Shown: one piece after another, positions 58,936 to 64,000 of the stretch
Numbering within the stretch: the stretch's first letter is position 1
Layout: each line of letters starts with the position of its first letter
From: Macrostomum lignano
Taxonomy: Eukaryota
Reading direction: 5' to 3'
NCBI GenBank assembly: GCA_002269645.1
Contig: NIVC01003341.1
Coordinates: 1 to 64,000, forward strand
Length of the DNA stretch: 64,000 nt
Translations under genes and position numbers: made by a program
Notes under the pieces: generated by a model
Seen by the model: the letters and a program-made list of their open reading frames with translations, nothing else
Told to the model about the DNA's origin: nothing
Database searches by the model: none

Positions 58936-60203
58936 CAGAGGCGTCGCAAGCGGGGGAAAGCTGTGGGGGACATGCAAATCCCCCCCTCCACCCCACCTTG
59001 TGACCCGATATGGAAAGCAATAAGTTTGCTTTAGGGTGCCAAAATATAGCGCCTGCGGCGCCAAAATGAGTTCCAGCGGCGCCAAGATGAGTGTCCGTCT
59101 GCGGCGCCTAAATGAGTGTCCGTCTAGAGCGCCTAAATGAGTGTCTGTCTGGGGCGCCTAAATGAGTGCCAGCGGCGCCAAAATGAGTGTCCGTCTGGGG
59201 CGCCTAAATGAGTGTCTGTCTGGGGCGCCTAAATGAGAGCCAGCCGCGCCAAAATGCGTGTCTGTCTGGGGCGCCTAAATGAGTGTCTGTCTGGGGCGCC
59301 TAAATGAGTGTCTGTCTGGGGCGCCTAAATGAGTGTCTGTCTGGGGCGCCTAAATGAGTCCCAGCGGCGCCAAGATGAGTGTCCGTTTGCGGCGCCAAAA
59401 TGAGTGCCAGCGGCGCCAAAATGAGTGTCTGTCTGCGGCGCCAAAATAAGTGTCCGTCTGCGGCGCCAAAATGAGTGCCAGCGGCGCCAAAATGAGTGTC
59501 TGTCTGAGGCGCCTAAATGAGTTCCAGTGGCGCCAAAATGAGTGTCGGTCTGCGGCGCCTAAATGATTGTCTGTCTGCGGCGCGAAAATGATTGTCCGTC
59601 TGCGGCGCCAAAATAAGTGTCCGTCTGCGGCGCCAAAATAAGTGTCCGTCTGCGGCGCCAAAATGAGTGCCAGCGGCGCCAAAATGAGTGCCAGCGGCGC
59701 CAAAATGAGTGTCTGTCTAAGGCGCCTAAATGAGTTCCAGTGGCGCCAAAATGAGTGTCCGTCTGCGGCGCCAAAATGATTGTCCGTCTGCGGCGCCAAA
59801 ATAAGTGTCCGTCTGCGGCGCCAAAATAAGTGTCCGTCTGCGGCGCCAAAATGAGTGCCAGCGGCGCCAAAATGAGTGCCAGCGGCGCCAAAATGAGTGT
59901 CTGTCTAAGGCGCCTAAATGAGTTCCAGTGGCGCCAAAATGAGTGTCCGTCTGCGGCGCCAAAATGATTGTCCGTCTGCGGCGCCAAAATAAGTGTCCGT
60001 CTGCGGCGCCAAAATGATTGTCCGTCTGCGGCTCCAAAATGATTGTCCGTCTGCGGCGCCAAAATAAGTCTGCGGCGCCAAAATAAGTGCTAAATCTCAA
60101 AGCCTGGTTCTCGAAATAATGTAAGAATCTATACTCATGTAGTTCGTAGAATTCTGACTTTCCCCCCCCCCCCACTATAAAATCCATGGCGACACGGCCC
60201 CTG
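58936..60203 (-). mobile_element. hAT-like non-autonomous element, relative of 45188-45880, inverted, with larger internal array
   Basis: Shared end gtgtcgccatggattttat.gtggg, internal ggcgccaaaatgagtg repeats; flanks tgttcgat / tggttgat (6/8) may be an eroded TSD. Confidence 0.7.
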
Positions 60204-60499
60204 TGGTTGATAAAAAATTATCATTGCAAAAAAATTGCAGGGGCAGCTGTCAAAAATTAAGGGCATCGATCCGTTTCACTTGACGGTTGAATAGAGTTGA
60301 ATGGTTGCATGGGTGCTAGGGGGGCAACCCATTTCTAAAAATATACCGGTAGTTGACATTTGAAAGAAGTAATTAATCATTCGAAAAGATAAGTGAGGTC
60401 CATATATTTCTATACGATCGCCAACCAATGTTTGAAGTTAGATAACTTTGGTTTCTGAGGGAGCCAAGCACAGCCAAGAAGGAGACAAGTCGGCCGCAT

Positions 60500-62265
60500 C
60501 TTCAAAACCAGATTCGGGTCGCCACCTTCAATGCCCGCACTCTCAGTCAGACATGGAGACTGCAGGAGCTGACAAGGCTGGCGGCCGACCTCAACATCTC
60601 CATCCTGGCAGTTCAAGGACATCGGCGGCAGACTGTGGATCTGGGCCTAATCTGGCAATTCAAGGCTGCCCCAGCCACTCCCCAGGGAATTGGAGGCATC
60701 GGCTTCCTGCTGTCGCCCGTCGCATCCTGAGCGCTGCTGGACATCAGGTTCCCACCCGAGCGCCTGGGACACGCCTCCTTTGCCGGAAAAGACAGGCGGC
60801 TTCACGTCATCTGCGTCTATTCTCCAACGGCCCCCCCCCGGACCAGCGAAGATCCGTCGGAGACAGAAGCCCTTTACGACACTTCGGGCTGCATGCTTGA
60901 TTCCATCCCTGCTCGTGACTGTCATTGTTGCTGGGTGACTTCTGGTGACTTCATAAGCTGTGGCATCCCCAATGCCAACTCACCTTTTCTGTCCAGTTTT
61001 ATCCAGGCCAGAGATTTGATGACTGTCAATGTCACCATGCGACAGCGCTTCAGCAAGTTTCAAAATTTCTCTGGCCCCAACGGACGAACCACTCGGCTAG
61101 ACTGGATTCTTTGCCCAACTGCCCTGAGGTCCAGGGTGCGCAGAGTCCTCAACATCCGCCCCGACTGCGTTCAATCTGATGACCGCCTGGTGGCATGCGA
61201 CTTCGATCAGCACTAGCAAAAGCTACGGCCTGCGCCACCTCACCCGCTCTGGGCAACCCGGACACGCGGCTGGCCTTCCTACGCAAGTTGCTTGCCGCTA
61301 CTCTTGTTCCAGCCGAGTACTTCGAGTCTTCATCACGCCGTCGAGGATGCTGCAGCGCTTCTCCCACGGAGACAGGCAAACCATCCAAAGCCCCTTTGGG
61401 ACCGCGATCTCATCATCTCCCAGGCAAGGCGGCATGTGCAGAGCACTGCTGCACTCCACGGCCATGACAGCGACCAGGCCAGTGCTGCCATGGACGAGCT
61501 GCAGCTCATCTACGCCCAGCGGACTGAAACCTTCATCGAAGAGGCTGTGAGCGAAATCCAACTCGCTACTGACAACTGCCGCCATAGTGCTGCCTGGAGG
61601 GCCATCAACCAGCTGACTGGCAGGAAGCCCAGGCCCAACACCATCGTCGGCACTGATTCCACCGAGCACCGCAAGGCCCTGCTGGCCACCCACTACCGCG
61701 AGGTGCTCAACGCGCCCGCTCCAACTGCGCCTCTCCAACTGACCATACGAGCTGATGCCGCCGCTAGGGTGGACGCCATCCCTCCCAGCGGTCCTCAAGC
61801 TGGCCGAGCTCACCCCAATCATTACCAGCCTGCTGAAAAAGCACTGCAGCCTTGGAGGCAACGAGGCTCCTCAGCAATGGCACACCTCCAATATTGTCTC
61901 CATCTCCACCGATCGCTGCTGAGATACGCGCTGGGCGTGCATTATCCGGAGCGCCTGTCGACTAACGCTCTGATGGCCCGCGCTGGAACTCCGCCCCCCT
62001 GAGCGCTATCCTGCGACGGCGCCGTCAGATGCTGCTGGGCCACTGCCTACGGACCCTGGGTCGCTGTGCGCCCGTCCCTGGCCCTGGCCATGCTGCACGG
62101 GCCGACCGAGCAAAATTGCGCCGCGGCCAGGCCCGCACTGCCAAATCTATAAGAGCTATAACGGACTGCTCATCGCGCTGACCTGCAGGCGCTTGCGCTG
62201 ACCCCTCAGGCTGCTGCTGCCTGCCCCTCCAGCCTGTTCTCTCTCCTCTGCGTCTTAAAAAAAAA
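60500..62265 (+). mobile_element. Degenerate non-LTR retrotransposon: APE endonuclease, linker and C-terminus, RT core missing
   Basis: IRVATFNARTL, ILAVQGHR, GGIGFLLS, LHVICVYSPT, GDF, TRLDWIL, QSDDRLV; later QQWHTSNIVSI joined to HRSLLRYALGVHYPERLS...RRRRQMLLGHCLR; A-run at ~62257. Confidence 0.8.
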
Positions 62266-64000
62266 TATATATATACGCGCGTGAGGCCTGAGGATTTTTA
62301 ATTGTGAAGCCTAAAACGCCCCGAATAGGGTGTAGCAATTGAATTATTCTTAGATCGTTGAGATTTGAAATGGCTGTTAATAAATATCATTATGCATCAC
62401 ATGTACATGTACTTTCCTGATGATCGAGAAAGCCGCTGTAAATGACTAGAAATTTGGTGAGGGAGCCTGTGCAACATTCCGACGTCCGTCGTCAACTTAC
62501 CCGACGTCGATGGATGTCTCTAGCAAATATCTCTTTTTACATTGCGTCGACGGATAAACGACGTTATAGGTCGGCCAAACGTCGTAAATTGAAAATCATT
62601 TTAAAGTACCTTTTTAGCAGCGAAGTCATATGTTGGACGTCAAATTAATAAGTCGGCCGGCGTCATCGACGTTGGATTGCTCTACGGGGGTAGATGTGGG
62701 GGGGGGGTTCAGAACCAACAGGAGGGAGAAGGTGGGCGCGCTTGGTTTGGTAAAAAAACTCGCTTGGTCTTGGCCTGTACAATCTTTCGGGGTCTCAATT
62801 CAAGGGCGGTCTCGATCCGGTTGTTGTGCCTCTGGCTATCACATCTACAATGTAGTTAGTAAAATTTCTGTAAAATAGATATAAACTCTTTATAAATACA
62901 GTTCAACGGAGGAAAATTTACAGTTATAGTTATTAAAAAGCTTACTGTCAGTCTGTTCAAAAATCGTTATTAATATTTTATTTTCCGTGGATGGTTGCAA
63001 ATTATAAAATTCGATTTGCCGTTTTTCCGAGAAATAGATTTGTCTTGATTTGTGTTTTATTGTTATGTGCAGTTAACTTGTATCCAATCTCTGTCTGATT
63101 GTTAGTATCTGATTGTTAGTTTAAAATATAAAAGCAACCCTATAACTCTTAGTTATATGTAATTATTTCTCTTGCAGCTTATGTGAATGCCGAATATAAT
63201 GCGCTTTGGTACAGTTTAGGTTTAATATGAATTATACAATTGCAAATTCAGATTTTGGTTGTTAAATATTTTTTGCCAAATTGAAAGAGTAAAAAGCATC
63301 ATCAATGCAACATTATAATCTAAATCATTTTATTTATTCACATTCCCTATTTCTTTGTTACTTAGAACACTTTGAACTGATGTTAATAATAAAATAATGG
63401 AAGATATATAAGGACAAGATTTTATAATATGTAGACTTTCAAAAATAGGATTACTTTGTCTTTGTCCTTTGTTTTATATTGTTGGAATTGCTTTTTTATT
63501 ATTCTTTATCTATTTCACATCAATTTCTACTCATATCTTGTATATATCAAATAATTATTTTTTAAGTTTATCTTAAAATTTTTATACACTAATTTGAAAG
63601 ATCTGGTTATATACTATGATATCTTGACTTGGACAAGAAGAAAATATTTAGAAGCAATATTGCTTTATTGCATTCACAAATTCTTTATATTTTCAGTTTA
63701 TACAGTTTTATTTATAATGATTTAGTACCCACTGTTTATACTATAGAAATAGAAAAAGTTAAGAAGATAAATAAATTTTGGTTAATAGTAAAACTAAACT
63801 AAAACTAGTAAAACTAAATTTTATTTAGAGGTTATATAGGAATTGTACCTCTGATTTTATCATTTGTTTTTCTTATATGTATAACTATAATCAAAAAACA
63901 AATGATAAAAATAATACAAATGATAAAATATATATTCAACAAAAACAATATATAACAACTGTCATTGTTGTTTTTGTATATTTAATTTAATAATTTAATA

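Noticed and set aside
62900-64000. Very AT-rich end of the window as a NUMT or gene
   Set aside because: Only short hydrophobic frames; no recognisable mitochondrial protein, tRNA or rRNA motif even allowing TGA=Trp.

Overview
Eukaryotic (metazoan) genomic DNA with short GT-AG introns, tRNA-derived SINEs, MITEs and many minisatellites. The style resembles the flatworm Macrostomum, but this is from memory and unverified. By manually joining exons in consistent phase I find five minus-strand genes, all single-pass membrane proteins, which the ORF track only shows in fragments. (i) 655-15602: a ~10.6-kb tandem duplication of a 6-exon gene (signal peptide, CUB-like, C-type-lectin-like, TM). Copy 2 is intact (427 aa); copy 1 carries two 1-nt deletions. 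(ii) 27751-58265: three tandem paralogs (A, B, C) with signal peptide, discoidin/F5-8C-like domain, 3 to 4+ atypical Ig-like domains, TM and unrelated tyrosine-motif tails. Their Ig exons are extremely diverged, yet exon 2, a 39-bp intronic satellite and the 5' part of exon 3 are ~98% identical in all three. This is the most interesting system in the window: a possible invertebrate immune/allorecognition-type receptor cluster. Also present: a 4.6-kb Ty3/Gypsy (Mag-like) LTR element with identical LTRs inserted into the A box of a SINE, two SINE families, hAT-like MITEs, a TIR-bounded satellite, mariner and LINE remnants, and more than 15 distinct tandem arrays. Domain calls are by-eye motif recognition; no searches were run.
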